A stretch of DNA of 64,000 nt from Diplonema japonicum (GCA_964019335.1 OZ025687.1:124001-188000); one strand, 5' to 3'; shown: positions 20,601-30,989, numbered from the stretch's first letter. Numbers and translations: made by a program. Notes: generated from the letters alone by a model not told the origin.

Positions 20601-23600
20601 TACGAGACCCGACAAAAAGATTGGCAGTTCATAACGTCCGCTATCTTCCCACACGCGGATGCCGTCTGGACTTGCGAACTTGAAAAACGGCGGATCGTTC
20701 ACAGGCGTGACGTCTATGATGAACTGAACAGGCAACGACTGTGCTTGGTGGGGAGGCGAGGACAGACCGCTGTCCGTGCATATTACATTCAGTGTGAACT
20801 GACCTGTCGTGTTCCCCTCTGTCCTGAACTGCAGGGCTGCCGTCTTACTATCCACACTTAAAGCTAGATGCGGCTGAATAGCAAAACCCTGTACCACAGA
20901 AGGACTAACAATACACGACACACTCTGCGTCTCGTCAGCATGGCCAGCACTGATATCGGAGACGAACCTGTCAATTATTACTAGAGGGCTGTCCTCCAGC
21001 ACAGTAATTACGTTGTTGTTCACCTTGAACGCAGGCGGTCTGTTAGCGTGCGCAATAAATATCTGCAGTGTCAGCCTTTTTGACGTGTCACACCCGCCCC
21101 TCTGCACTCCGCCATCGTCGGTGGCAGCCACTGTTAGTGTGACAGGCCCAGTGACGCCATCCTTTGGGTGCAGTACAATGCCTGTAGCTTCAAAATGTGG
21201 CTCTATCACAAAGTAGCTGGGCTTGCTGATTGACAGCACCTTGAACGACAGCACTTGGTGGTCCTCACGGGGCCCCGCAGAGGAAGACAGAATCACCGGC
21301 TCTGTGACGGCCCCGTTGTCGTAGATGTTCAGCTGCTGCGAAACAACCTCCAGTACAGGGCAATCGTTAACCGGGACAACAGTAAAGGGGAACGTCCTCA
21401 CGACACCGGCACCGGACGAGTCCACAAGCCTGCATGTACCCGTCGTCTCACCATATGCATCCTGCGCCACTTCAAACATCATGTCCCCTGTCGTGGAGTC
21501 CACGTTGAGAGATGTCCCTGCCTTTAGGAGCGTGGCGTCATCAAGGCGGCAACTGAACGTCAGGCTTTGGAAGGACTCCCCTGGCGTGCCTGCCGTGATC
21601 TGCCGTGCCCACTGAGGTACCCTCACAACATCGGGGGTGTCTTCCGTTGCTACAAGAGGCAGCGGCGAGATATCAAAGGCAGGTGGTTGGTTGGAGGTGA
21701 CCACTATCAGTGTTGAGTGTGTACTAGTGGTATCGTCACCGCCTCCATCATCTGTTGCCGTAATGACGAGAGTCTGCTGCATCGATCCTGCAGGGAAGAG
21801 ACCTGGCTTGAGCGCAAACTTTAAGAGACCTGAAGGTGCTATTGTTGGGAGCGTAGTGAACCAACTTGGGTCAGCAGGAGACACACTGTAGGTCACCTGC
21901 TGGGCTGCTTCGTTGGCAGGTCCCGGTGTTGAAGTGACGAAGCTGGGGAAGGTCAGTACTGGGCATTGTTCCTTATAGCACGCATCAACTACAACACTCA
22001 TCCGGGCCTGCAGCGTAGGAGGGTCGTTCACACTCACCACCGTCAATTTCACGCCCAGCGTTGGTGACCTGTTCCCCGCGCTGTCGATGGCCGTAATGCT
22101 CAATATAGTCTCTCCATGCGCATCAGGTGCTGTCTCGAAGATGAGTGTTCCAGACACAGGATCGATGCGGAGTGGCGTCGTCGCCGCAAATAGTGAGCCG
22201 TCACTTGCAGCAATTTCAAAGGCCACTGCTTGGTCCTCGTCAGGAGGCCCCCCACCGTACCTCCTGATGAGATTGTGCAGCTGCATCAAACCTTCATCCT
22301 CCAGGACAGAAACACTTGTGACAAGGTTCGTCTCTGTGCAAGTGCCGCCTTGTGTTCTACCAATGCAGATGCTAGTACTGGTGCTTCCCGAGCACATAAA
22401 CTCAGGCCGGACACACGATTCGTGGAGCTCAATAAAGGGGGGGTCATCGACGGGCAAGATGGTGATAGGGAAGGTGAGTGTGATGGTGTTGTTACCAGGA
22501 CACTGCCCAGTGCCGGTGCCGCCGTTGTCAGTGATGGTACATGTAACTGTTGCAACGCCGTTCTTGTCTGCAGCTGTCGTGAATACGAGATCGGCACTGA
22601 CGTCACCGTTGAGGATAAGCTGCGGCTGATCACTGAACAAGGAAGGGGCGGTGTTGAGACATCCAACAACGTCTACAGACTGCGTATTTGCTTCTCCCGC
22701 ACCAGGCGAAAGCCCCGTCAGCCACTGTGACCTGCGAACAGCTCCCACATCTTCATCAACAACCACAGCCTGGCCCAGCGTGGCCGTTGGTGGGTCGTTC
22801 GTACTGACTATAGTGATTGTAAATATCGTGTCTACTGTTTTTGCAACTGGTGTGCCGTTATCTGTCGCCCTCACGTACACCGTGGCAGTGCCAGATGCGT
22901 CAGGCTGCGGCTGGAACCGCAGAACCCCCATGGAGTCGATGCTTGGCTGCTCACTGAACAGCGCCGCCTGCTGTGTGGACACGTCAAACGTGACCTGCTG
23001 CGAGGCTTGTTCTTGCATGTCGCACACGGTACTTAGTTTAATGCTGCCCGCACAGATGTGGGTGGCCCATTGCATACCACCCACGTCTGCGTCCTCGCAC
23101 ACAGACACATCCCCACTCGCCACGAAAGAAGGATTGTCGTTACGTGGTGTCAAATTAATGCAGAACTGTTGTGCAACACTCGAGGCACCATGCAAATCGG
23201 TTGCAATGACGTCGTAGCAGCAGCCACCAGGCGGTGTTGTGGCGAAGGTATGTGGAATGAACCGCAGGTCGCCTGAAGGCAGGTCAATAACTGGCGGAAC
23301 ATCGAAAAGGGCAGCGCACTGAGGCGTTACAGGTACAACATTAATGCGCTCCACACGATCCCCGTTGTCGCAGCTGTCAAAAGGCTCCGCAAAAATGTCA
23401 GTGAGGAAACCAAGTCGTCGTTCTATAGTTCCCGTGCCCTCCGCTGCGGTCACCATGTTTGATGGCATGGTGAAGCCAGGTGGCGTGTTCTCGGGGTTAA
23501 CTGTGATAGAAAAGGTGTAAGGCACGCCAAGCGCATTCTCACCCATTTGTGATCCGGCAATAGCCCCTCCGTTGTCGATAGGCTGAACTGTGACCTCTAC

Positions 23601-24590
23601 AATGCCACACTTACCAGGAGCGAGGTTGAACGTGAGGTCTCTGCACGGCAGCTCCTCACCAGCGGGGACCGGAGCTATGGTGGGAGGTGTTGTGAAGAAG
23701 GTCGGATCAGATGTGGTGATGGCGAAGCTCACCTCTTGGTACGGCCACTCCATCCACCCGCCGTGGTCTATGTTGCATGCCCAATTGGGCACAGTTACCT
23801 GTGCACCCTCTGACGTCGTGACAGGCCCAAGCGGGCGGAAAGATGGCGGATCATTCACCGGTTCGATGTTGATGGCAAATATTTGCCGGTTGCATGGCGT
23901 GGGATTCCCGCCGAAGAGCTGCCTGTTGCACTGTTGGTTGCATGGCACGTTAAGCCCTTGGTTAACAGGCAACGCAGGGCAAGGGTTCACGTCCACTTGG
24001 CAGTGGCACGGTACGTTATTCAGTGGATACGCAATGCCGTCGTCTTCTAACCACACTTCGAAAAAGGCCAACCCCCATCTGTCTGGGTTGGTCTCGAAGG
24101 TTAGGGTGCCGTATCCTGTGTCCTTGCTGTCGGGATTACCTGCTGCATAACAAGGGATCAGAGGCAGCCCGTCGCAAAGGTTGGGATCAGGCCACAGGTT
24201 CCCCACAGCCATGCCCGGGTCCATGACATCAGCATCGCGCTTCTCTGTGCCCACAGGCCCCCTGTGGAAGAACTGCTGTGGGGCTGGGTCTGTGACCCTG
24301 TTCGGCGACCAGAAGGGGCTTGTGGGGTTTGCTGGGTCGGGTCTTGTAATGTTGATCAGTCTGAACTTGAACTCCAGTGTCTGCCCACCCCCGTTACAAT
24401 CGCTCACACCACATGCCCATTGCTCCACATAGTACGGGCCCCCGTCTTCAACGAACAGCCTGTCAGCAAAGTGCGGGATATTGTTGTTGTTCAGTGTGAA
24501 GGTCGGTGGATGGTTCCCTATGATGCCTCCCACTATGTGAGACTGGATTTCAAACCTGCATATCAGCACTGCCAGCGCCCAGAGTCCCAT
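17631..24590 (-). CDS. Large type I membrane protein with ~17 cadherin-like/Ig-like repeats
   Basis: ORF of ~2320 aa with no apparent intron. 17 linkers of the (V/I)NDPP/NDAP type, TM helix VAVVAVVVSGVLLLGILGGVLVY, short cytoplasmic tail. Start taken at MGLWALAVLI (the ORF is open to 24629). Confidence 0.88.
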   Translation of the reverse strand: MGLWALAVLICRFEIQSHIVGGIIGNHPPTFTLNNNNIPHFADRLFVEDGGPYYVEQWACGVSDCNGGGQTLEFKFRLINITRPDPANPTSPFWSPNRVTDPAPQQFFHRGPVGTEKRDADVMDPGMAVGNLWPDPNLCDGLPLIPCYAAGNPDSKDTGYGTLTFETNPDRWGLAFFEVWLEDDGIAYPLNNVPCHCQVDVNPCPALPVNQGLNVPCNQQCNRQLFGGNPTPCNRQIFAINIEPVNDPPSFRPLGPVTTSEGAQVTVPNWACNIDHGGWMEWPYQEVSFAITTSDPTFFTTPPTIAPVPAGEELPCRDLTFNLAPGKCGIVEVTVQPIDNGGAIAGSQMGENALGVPYTFSITVNPENTPPGFTMPSNMVTAAEGTGTIERRLGFLTDIFAEPFDSCDNGDRVERINVVPVTPQCAALFDVPPVIDLPSGDLRFIPHTFATTPPGGCCYDVIATDLHGASSVAQQFCINLTPRNDNPSFVASGDVSVCEDADVGGMQWATHICAGSIKLSTVCDMQEQASQQVTFDVSTQQAALFSEQPSIDSMGVLRFQPQPDASGTATVYVRATDNGTPVAKTVDTIFTITIVSTNDPPTATLGQAVVVDEDVGAVRRSQWLTGLSPGAGEANTQSVDVVGCLNTAPSLFSDQPQLILNGDVSADLVFTTAADKNGVATVTCTITDNGGTGTGQCPGNNTITLTFPITILPVDDPPFIELHESCVRPEFMCSGSTSTSICIGRTQGGTCTETNLVTSVSVLEDEGLMQLHNLIRRYGGGPPDEDQAVAFEIAASDGSLFAATTPLRIDPVSGTLIFETAPDAHGETILSITAIDSAGNRSPTLGVKLTVVSVNDPPTLQARMSVVVDACYKEQCPVLTFPSFVTSTPGPANEAAQQVTYSVSPADPSWFTTLPTIAPSGLLKFALKPGLFPAGSMQQTLVITATDDGGGDDTTSTHSTLIVVTSNQPPAFDISPLPLVATEDTPDVVRVPQWARQITAGTPGESFQSLTFSCRLDDATLLKAGTSLNVDSTTGDMMFEVAQDAYGETTGTCRLVDSSGAGVVRTFPFTVVPVNDCPVLEVVSQQLNIYDNGAVTEPVILSSSAGPREDHQVLSFKVLSISKPSYFVIEPHFEATGIVLHPKDGVTGPVTLTVAATDDGGVQRGGCDTSKRLTLQIFIAHANRPPAFKVNNNVITVLEDSPLVIIDRFVSDISAGHADETQSVSCIVSPSVVQGFAIQPHLALSVDSKTAALQFRTEGNTTGQFTLNVICTDSGLSSPPHQAQSLPVQFIIDVTPVNDPPFFKFASPDGIRVWEDSGRYELPIFLSGLVAGPEDEKSQVTQVTCSPTERAFLLDTIDLHVSTTDNGLGTHTASLSFIVAPEVFGTATLECCAVDNGGTANQGENNYCSSTTIEVRPINDPPSYILSQIEVQEIQGSGSPVEMVFRRFISNAVPGPSQEWLDELAPPQTLLVPILTVKDTGIISGSAKLVSTPSISGVLGESYDLVLYLVRGMCGVVEGTVTISDSGGSTPHASDKPIAVTKPFVIQVACINDPPQYRPGGKIVICEDEGLHMSQWATQISPGYLEDSQGLSFDLELTNGDICNAFKRPPQLFPNGTFKAETNSDKWGVCEFRVTLEDSMAKKALQVSELEVEVLPVNDRPVFNSIKSPVVVSEACVTACDDCSAGCNEMHTIRNWCSGVSAGPREDTQGLEFVVSLTKIDTLDDWRLGSPAGPLITNISAYFSTPPSLSPETCHLTFQALPHLWGNFTFSVILRDNAGRGAGQCGSGFDTSEHAVLQVYIEPYNSPPVVTLNASIVDVFEDSGVNRFQDMIVEVGGGSFETADDVVLSVTTTEGHLFGRPPYIEGKMLVLQPADNRVGVANITFKVSDASKWAAVSLLVRVLPVNDAPLFTPGPVVASIEDSGEHLVQRWATDIKPGPVDEEGQVLFFTVLFDDVRQRSWFAVPPAITPSGDLTFELLPDAFGEVHLSVTLYDNAGTAHGGSNMSTPLPLHISVTGVNDAPIFTTEFSSVILPQGSVNVVRKYGKVIQPGPPNEVYQGVIARSDITDGSEIFSALPVMGADGVLVFSLKPAIWGTAHATFRLEDSEGASSPTRHLSITSERMETAFMLTSTLTQEQLVLGLLGGLGIAQSQLNIVSYEGSTLTFAFNDGQKQAEYLTNALVGLLRNTPSREALGITSSSYKTPEGNTVVVVPVSGQAPVAKEQNNDGSDDFPVAVVAVVVSGVLLLGILGGVLVYHLKCRKVPEEEDSEKPTNKQYEVASNPLPESLPSSNTNSDSALFRPTHQPVNPLSTVFQNSMG

Positions 24591-24711
24591 CGCATGTTTG
24601 TTCCTGTGAAGTGTAAGACTGCAGTCCACAAGGCTGATAACGACGCGTGGATCAAAAGTACTAAAATGTAACGTTTACATGTAAGGATTCTAATGTTGTG
24701 TCCGCTTCGAG

Positions 24712-26472
24712 CTACGGGACAGGCCAAGCCCGCACTTGCACAACACCATGTGGATAGATGGTGCCAGATGAGCTCTGCACATCGAAGGGTGTATGGTTCA
24801 CCAAGGGCTTAGCTTGCGCCTTGTGCACTGGAAGGGTATCCACCGGCGGGCTCGGGGATCTGCACGGTGATACCATAGGGACACCACCACGGGTGCGCTT
24901 CACTCGTGCCTCGCCTCTTGTCCCAAGCACATTCAGCATCTCATCAAGGCTTTTTGGGTGTACCTTCCTCTCCTTTTTCTCACCACCAACATTCGTTCTC
25001 ATTGCCTCCCGCCACCTGCTCTCCTCCCCTTCGTAGTAGTGGTGGTGCACGTGGATCTCTTTCCGTTTGCCTTTCTTATGCTCTTTTCGTCGTGCTCTCC
25101 TTTCTTTGTCTTTTTCTTCATCCAACTCTTGCTTCAGCCTTGTGTTAGCTTCAAGCAAAGAGCGCACCAACTGCCGGTTGTTCGGAGGAGACTGCGACGG
25201 CGTGCGTTGTTGGTGCGGTAGGGGGAGGGAGATGGGGTGGTGGTAGTGCAGGTGTTTGGGCGACGGGGGCAGCGTGTGTTTTGGCTGCAAGTTGCCATCA
25301 GCTTCGTGCTGGGGCTGCAGGGGCCGGGGCTGGTATTGTTGATACTTCTGTTGCTGCTGCTGTTCATGGCGGCGGGGCTGGTTCACCTGAGGCGCCCGCT
25401 GCTGGGGAGAGTCTTGAAACTGTTGCTGTTGCTGTTGGGGCTGTTGCATTGGCTGATACTGCCTTTGCCTAGGAGACTGCAAACCCGAAGGAGATTGTGG
25501 CTGGGGCTCTGGCGAAATACTTTGACGCCTCCTGATGAGAGGGTGTGTCGGGCTATTTTGCGTTTGCTGCTGGGCGTTCTGGTACCGCCTTTGCTCCTGC
25601 TGTGTTTGTGTCTGCGACTCCTGATAGTTTGGGATCTCTACCCAATTGTACTCTGGTAATGAGTGTAGATGCGGCTGCTGCGGCTGCAGCTCGTAGTGCG
25701 GCTCTACCACTGGCTGCAGGGAGGGCTGTCGCGGCAGTTGTTCAGGATGAAGGTACCTCTGCTGAGAAGCTTGCATGGGCTGCTGAGTACGAGCAGTCGG
25801 GGCAGATTGCATTGGGGGCTGGGGCGAAGCCGCCAGGCGAGCTTTCAGTCTTGTAAGCTCACCTCGCAGCTTTTGATTGTTCATCTTCTCCCTCTGAATG
25901 TCTGCGTTGTTGCTAACTACCACCTTCTGGAGTGCACCACGGTTCTTTTTCCACCATAACGCCTCGAGCCATCTGAAGTAGTAGCTCCTTCTGAGTCGCT
26001 CTGAAGCGGCCTTAGCCATGCACTCTATTGCAGGGAGCTTAGCATTCCTGTTCCGGGTTTTCTTAGGAATGGGCAAACTTGCTGGTAAGGCGAGCTGATC
26101 AGCAGGTTCTGGACCGTACTTAGCAACGAGGGCACTGAGTAGGGTCTCCTCTCTTCCCGCATGAGCTTCGAGAAGTTCATCGACGTCAGAAAGTTTATCA
26201 GGCGCGAAGCAGGTGTACATATTGGTCAGCCTTCTGCGGTAGTCAAGGTCAGGTTTATGAGAATTCACGTCCATGTATGGCACTGGCTCCGGCCCGTGAA
26301 TCTTTACCAAAGCAGCAAACATCATCTCCTCACCCCCCTCAGCATCCTCGAGCATGTCATCTATTATCACAAGCTTGCTTGCGTCATAATGTTCATAAAA
26401 CCTCACGAGCCTCGCCCGGTACGCGTTCCCTTCACGAGCCCCGCTGCCCGACTTCCCCTTCCTTGGGTACAT
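24712..26472 (-). CDS. Hypothetical protein with two RL..FY..K..D.LL..G.EE.L..L..KYG repeats and a Gln/Pro-rich region
   Basis: 586-aa ORF. The repeat is shared with the gene at 36728-38308. Confidence 0.8.
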   Translation of the reverse strand: MYPRKGKSGSGAREGNAYRARLVRFYEHYDASKLVIIDDMLEDAEGGEEMMFAALVKIHGPEPVPYMDVNSHKPDLDYRRRLTNMYTCFAPDKLSDVDELLEAHAGREETLLSALVAKYGPEPADQLALPASLPIPKKTRNRNAKLPAIECMAKAASERLRRSYYFRWLEALWWKKNRGALQKVVVSNNADIQREKMNNQKLRGELTRLKARLAASPQPPMQSAPTARTQQPMQASQQRYLHPEQLPRQPSLQPVVEPHYELQPQQPHLHSLPEYNWVEIPNYQESQTQTQQEQRRYQNAQQQTQNSPTHPLIRRRQSISPEPQPQSPSGLQSPRQRQYQPMQQPQQQQQQFQDSPQQRAPQVNQPRRHEQQQQQKYQQYQPRPLQPQHEADGNLQPKHTLPPSPKHLHYHHPISLPLPHQQRTPSQSPPNNRQLVRSLLEANTRLKQELDEEKDKERRARRKEHKKGKRKEIHVHHHYYEGEESRWREAMRTNVGGEKKERKVHPKSLDEMLNVLGTRGEARVKRTRGGVPMVSPCRSPSPPVDTLPVHKAQAKPLVNHTPFDVQSSSGTIYPHGVVQVRAWPVP

Positions 26473-26540
26473 ATTTCATATAATACTGGTTTAGATTTGC
26501 GATGGCGTCTCAGAACTTCCAGTAACCACAAATAGGGCCT

Positions 26541-27543
26541 TTACTTGTTAATGCTGTACAAGCCACGGGAAAGGATGTCTTCCCGCACGCTGAATGCTAT
26601 AGTGATGACCCTCTCCATTGGAGACTCGGGTAAGTTGTTGAGAAGCTGTGATAGCGTTGTTCCCCCATTTTCTTCTTTCTTAACACACCTCTAATATGCC
26701 AATTCGCTCCAGTTCCATGAGGCGCTCCGAGTGGACCTGAAGCAAGGCGAGGCAGACACATATGTGAAGAGATTCCTGTTTTTTTTTTCCCTTTTCCAAC
26801 TGTCCTTTTTCATTGTTGTCCCATACCACTTGCGTCATATCTACTAAGTATAAGTCCCATAACCGCATCAGGTTGGCAGGGGGGAGCTGCTTTGATAGGA
26901 CGGTGGTGATCCACTCAAGGGCCCACTCATTGGGGTACACTTCCTCTGCCTCGAAGACCTGGTACAGGGCAGGTTGTGTGTGGCGGAAAAGCATGGAGAG
27001 GGTAGACACAGATTCACGGATAGAAGGGAAAACAGTGTCTTTTTGGTACAATGTATCCATGAAATTGGTGAGACTGTGGTAGGTATCGACAGGGTCAGGC
27101 ATGACCTGAAGGAATCGGTAGGCAATGCAGACCACGGCAGCGCACCAAGTGGATTCCATAGCGGGGCTGAGAGACTTGTGGATGGATGCGTGTCGGGAGC
27201 ACAGGTACACACGCAGGATGCCGCTTAGTGTGTTTCGCACATCTACATCGTATGCAGCATTCTGATACAGCTTTGTGAACTTCTTCATCAACTCTTTGTG
27301 CAGCCTGCCCCCGTCCCCCGAAAACCCTAACAGTAGCTGATACTCCTCTTCTTTCTTCCGCATTCTTGTCAGCTCCGCGCTCTTGTCCACCGTCGACACC
27401 TGCAGCAAATATTTCCACACCACCTTCCGCCTCTGCAAAGGAATCCCATACTTACTCGCCTCCCTCAATCTCTCCAAGTCCACAAGCATCTCGGCATCAA
27501 GCTCCTTCGTGAAGTCATCGTCGGCATGTTCGTTTGCCGCCAT
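26541..27543 (-). CDS. TBC/Rab-GAP-domain protein (2 introns)
   Basis: YGIP..RR..VWKYLL, WITTVLS..LP...MRLWDLYL. Introns 26776-26826 and 26646-26688. Stop at 26541. Confidence 0.8.
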
Positions 27544-27663
27544 CCCACCTATATGCGGTTGATACTGTGCAGGGCTTTGCCATCTACCTAAACATCTAAG
27601 AGAACGTAGGGGATCTATTGCCAAAAGTGTTGCTCTAGTTAATTACAAAATGGTGTCCGTTCG

Positions 27664-30300
27664 TCATGGGTACTGTGCCTTAGAGAACTGAAACCTTGGC
27701 CTGCTGAACACTTGGTCAGGTGCAGCAGGCAGCTGTGCTGGCCGGTATTGCTGAAGAGGTGGTGGCTGAGTTGCTTGTGCTTGTATGTGTGTCTGTGTCT
27801 TTGTTTCACGCCAGACATCTAAGATAGGTGCCCGCGCTGGCTCCACAAAAGACTGCTGCGACGGTTGCTGTGGCAACCCTCTGCTTGGAGAAGGTGACAG
27901 CCCTTCCGCTAACTTCTGCAGCGATGTCGGAGGGCTGGCCACGATGGAGCTATACGGTGCGGTGGTATGAGGGGACACCTTTTTGGGCGTTGGGTCGCCA
28001 GCAGACGTAAGGTTGTCGGGGGATAAGGACCACCTGCAAATAAAATTGAAGAAAATACACATAACATACTCCAAATCCTCATCTTTAGGGTGCGAGGGCG
28101 TCTGCATAGGACTCTCATCACCGGAGTCGGGGGCATAGTCGTGCTCCTCCGAAATGTTCTGCTCTTCATGCCGCCTCTGCGCCTCTGTGATGGCATCGAC
28201 AGCTGAACCCAGCACCTCGTCGATCTGCGACGAGAGGCTGTCTGCGTCATGTAGTGGATCGGTTGGAAGTTCCTCTGCCGGATGGTCAGGTGGCTGTGGT
28301 GACACCGGGCGGTAAACCTTTCCAGATGACCCAGTGAAAGCTGGTGCAGGAATCGAAGAAGAGCGAACGGAAACCGGCGCAACGCTAGCCGACAACACGG
28401 GCGACGGAACTGCAGGTCTTGCGTGAGGAGGTGGCGGCGGTGGCGGTGGTGTCTTCTTCTGCCTGCCTTGCTTGCTCCTTAGCCACGCAACCTCCCTGCG
28501 GTACGCATCGTCTGTTGTTTCCTTAACCTCAGCCACGGTACCCTCGTTCCACCAGCTCTCAAACGTATCGCCCTGCATCTTGAAAGGCTGCCTTTTGGAT
28601 CTTGGATCCACTGTGGGCACAACGCTCGGTTCCACCGCAGCCAGTTCCTGGAGGACATCGACCCATTTGCTTCCTTGCAAACATGAAACATCGCCCCCGG
28701 AAGCAAGTGATTTCTCTCTCGTCACGATCTGTGATATCAACTGCCCTATGGTGCCAGCCGTCCCGCTGCCGCTCTCAGGCTTGACCACTTTGTGCTTTGT
28801 CAGAACTTGTAGTATTTTAGCCAGGGCGAGGTTCCCCTTCGACTGGGGGGTGTTGCTTCTTGATGTGGGTGCGTGGGGCTCTGGTTGGTGCTCGTTCGTC
28901 TTCAGCATGTGAACTTCCCTCCGCAGCATAACTAGCTCGTCTTGGGCCTCAAGCCACTTCGAGTGGTGCACTTGGATCAAAGTGTCAAGCCGCGACTGCA
29001 GGCGGCGTGCAAGGTCTTTCGAGTCTTCCTGCGGAACGGTGCCTTTCCTGCTGCGTGTGATGCTGGACACCATCGACGCAGTTGCGAGCGATTCATGAAG
29101 CATATCATCTGAAGGGCACAGCATGCCCATTACCATCACCTTGGGCGGCGTGTATGCCTGACCTTCAGACATGACAGCCTGCATAACTCTTGTGAGCTTG
29201 CTGTCCCTCCATGGAATGAAAGCCTTCCCCGGGTCCGCAGAGGGGTCCATCGCCGCGATGGTACACAGCAGCTTCGTCACAGATGTGAGCGTCAAGCTGG
29301 CATGCTTTGAGTGCTCAGCAGCAGGCACCTCGATGAACGCAATCTGACCTTTGGTTACGGCACCATTCCTACAATCAGTCCTCTTCACAGTGACCGTGCA
29401 CACCGTGGCACCGTTGCTCTGCACGTTCTGTTGTGCCTTGAGCCAAAGCTTTGTAAAGTCCACGGGACACTCTACCTCGTGCTCACTAATACCCACCAGC
29501 TCCGGTTTATCCGGCACGGTCTCTCTAAGCCCAGGCGAAACGGAAGGGTCAAGCAGGTCCTCCAGCGTGTCTGTGACACGAAGGAAGGAAACGTACACCT
29601 TGATGTCGTAAATGCTGAGGTCGGCGATTCGTTTCAGCACGTCGGATAAGAAGGCGGGGACGACGCCGCCGTAGTGGGTAGAGGAGAGGCCCTTGGTGTC
29701 GGGGGTGGGGTGGGGGAGGGAGGTGGGTGGGGTGGGGACGGGGACGGCGAGGGGGTCGGGGATCTCTTGCGGAGACGCAAACAGCGCACATGTCTTACCA
29801 GAACGAGAGGGACCGACAAAAAGCACAGAAGCCGTGCCACCACCAAAAGCAAGGGGCACAGTCTCCATGCACAACGCGGTATTGACATCAGCCTGTGAAG
29901 CAGAGAAGCCGAAGACACTGTCTGCCGAGTGCCCCACTGGGTTCAGGGCGCCGTTCTGTCGCGTGGACGAAGCAATCCACACAGTGGAATCAACAGCGTC
30001 AGCCTTTATCCTGTCCGATTGCTTCTCTAGAGGCAGTGTGGGGCGGACACGGAACCCCGTCCAGATGCTGCTCCGCGGTTTGACAGTAGGCGTTGCAGTG
30101 GAAACGCTCACATTGCTGTCGTTCACTCTGCTCCCACAAAACGAGTTAACGGTTCCCCTCCTTAACATCCTATCCTTCCCATCACTCCCGCCACTCACTG
30201 AGGGTGTTCGTTTGCCTCTGCTCTTAGTGGAGGCCATGCTTGGAAGACTTTTCAACTCCCTTCCGTCTCTCTCCCAAGCGGGTACATTTCCTCTCCTCAT
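27664..30300 (-). CDS. Divergent kinesin motor-domain protein (1 intron)
   Basis: DSVFG, P-loop GPSRSGKT, VYVSFL, IPWRDSKLTRVMQ and ESLAT motifs. Start MRRGNV at 30300 (the upstream ORF extension is low-complexity spacer). Intron 28034-28069. Confidence 0.8.
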   Translation of the reverse strand: MRRGNVPAWERDGRELKSLPSMASTKSRGKRTPSVSGGSDGKDRMLRRGTVNSFCGSRVNDSNVSVSTATPTVKPRSSIWTGFRVRPTLPLEKQSDRIKADAVDSTVWIASSTRQNGALNPVGHSADSVFGFSASQADVNTALCMETVPLAFGGGTASVLFVGPSRSGKTCALFASPQEIPDPLAVPVPTPPTSLPHPTPDTKGLSSTHYGGVVPAFLSDVLKRIADLSIYDIKVYVSFLRVTDTLEDLLDPSVSPGLRETVPDKPELVGISEHEVECPVDFTKLWLKAQQNVQSNGATVCTVTVKRTDCRNGAVTKGQIAFIEVPAAEHSKHASLTLTSVTKLLCTIAAMDPSADPGKAFIPWRDSKLTRVMQAVMSEGQAYTPPKVMVMGMLCPSDDMLHESLATASMVSSITRSRKGTVPQEDSKDLARRLQSRLDTLIQVHHSKWLEAQDELVMLRREVHMLKTNEHQPEPHAPTSRSNTPQSKGNLALAKILQVLTKHKVVKPESGSGTAGTIGQLISQIVTREKSLASGGDVSCLQGSKWVDVLQELAAVEPSVVPTVDPRSKRQPFKMQGDTFESWWNEGTVAEVKETTDDAYRREVAWLRSKQGRQKKTPPPPPPPPHARPAVPSPVLSASVAPVSVRSSSIPAPAFTGSSGKVYRPVSPQPPDHPAEELPTDPLHDADSLSSQIDEVLGSAVDAITEAQRRHEEQNISEEHDYAPDSGDESPMQTPSHPKDEDLEYVMCIFFNFICRWSLSPDNLTSAGDPTPKKVSPHTTAPYSSIVASPPTSLQKLAEGLSPSPSRGLPQQPSQQSFVEPARAPILDVWRETKTQTHIQAQATQPPPLQQYRPAQLPAAPDQVFSRPRFQFSKAQYP

Positions 30301-30989
30301 TAGTACCCCCCTCCTTTTGTTGATGAATATGTAGGGAAAGATGAATGAATAGAAGAAGGAAAAGATAAACAAGGAAAAGAAAAAACACAACAAAGGATGA
30401 AAAGAGAAAAAAAGAAAAGAAATGAAATTTACGTAACGAAAAGAGCGATTTTTTTCCCCCTCTTTTTTCTTTGTGAAGGAAAAGCTTGTCCCATCGGAAA
30501 AAAAAAAAGAGAAAGACACCTTCTGCAGTGAGACTAAATAGAAATGAAAGAAAAATGAGGATAAGAGAAGAGAAATGAAAACGACACAATACACTTTCAC
30601 CTGAAAAGAAACTAGGGAAAGAAGTGACTGTATTTCTTATTTTACTCTATTTTTTTTAAAAAAAAAACTTTTTTTTCATGAGAGAAAAAAAAGAGGGAGG
30701 GGGGGAGTTTGTTCAAACAGAACGGGGGGCTGCAAAAAAAAAAAAAATTGTGCCATTTTTTTAAACAAGATTTAGAGAACGGATTTCTTTTTTTTTCATT
30801 TTTTTTTTCTTATCTTCCCTTTTTCTTTCCAAGTGGAGGATGAAGGGGGGGGAAGGGGGGAGGTACAGTTTCTGTTCACTTTTTTTATATCATTCTTTCT
30901 AATGTCACGCAAAATTCCCATATATTTCATGGTGGGGGGGAGAAATGTATTTTACACAACCAACCACAGCCAACAATTAAAACCACTTC

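Noticed and set aside
29700-29760. G-quadruplex-like G runs (also 16330-16570)
   Set aside because: Explained by Pro-rich codons on the coding strand.
30301-30600. Phe-rich N-terminal ORF extensions and poly-Lys/Phe ORFs in spacers (also 40150-40620, 44100-44650, 51200-52100)
   Set aside because: Translations of poly(A)/poly(T) intergenic DNA.
30864-30875. TACAGTTTCTGT, resembling part of the euglenozoan spliced leader
   Set aside because: Only 12 nt, antisense to the genes, the rest of the leader is absent, and the comparison relies on memory.
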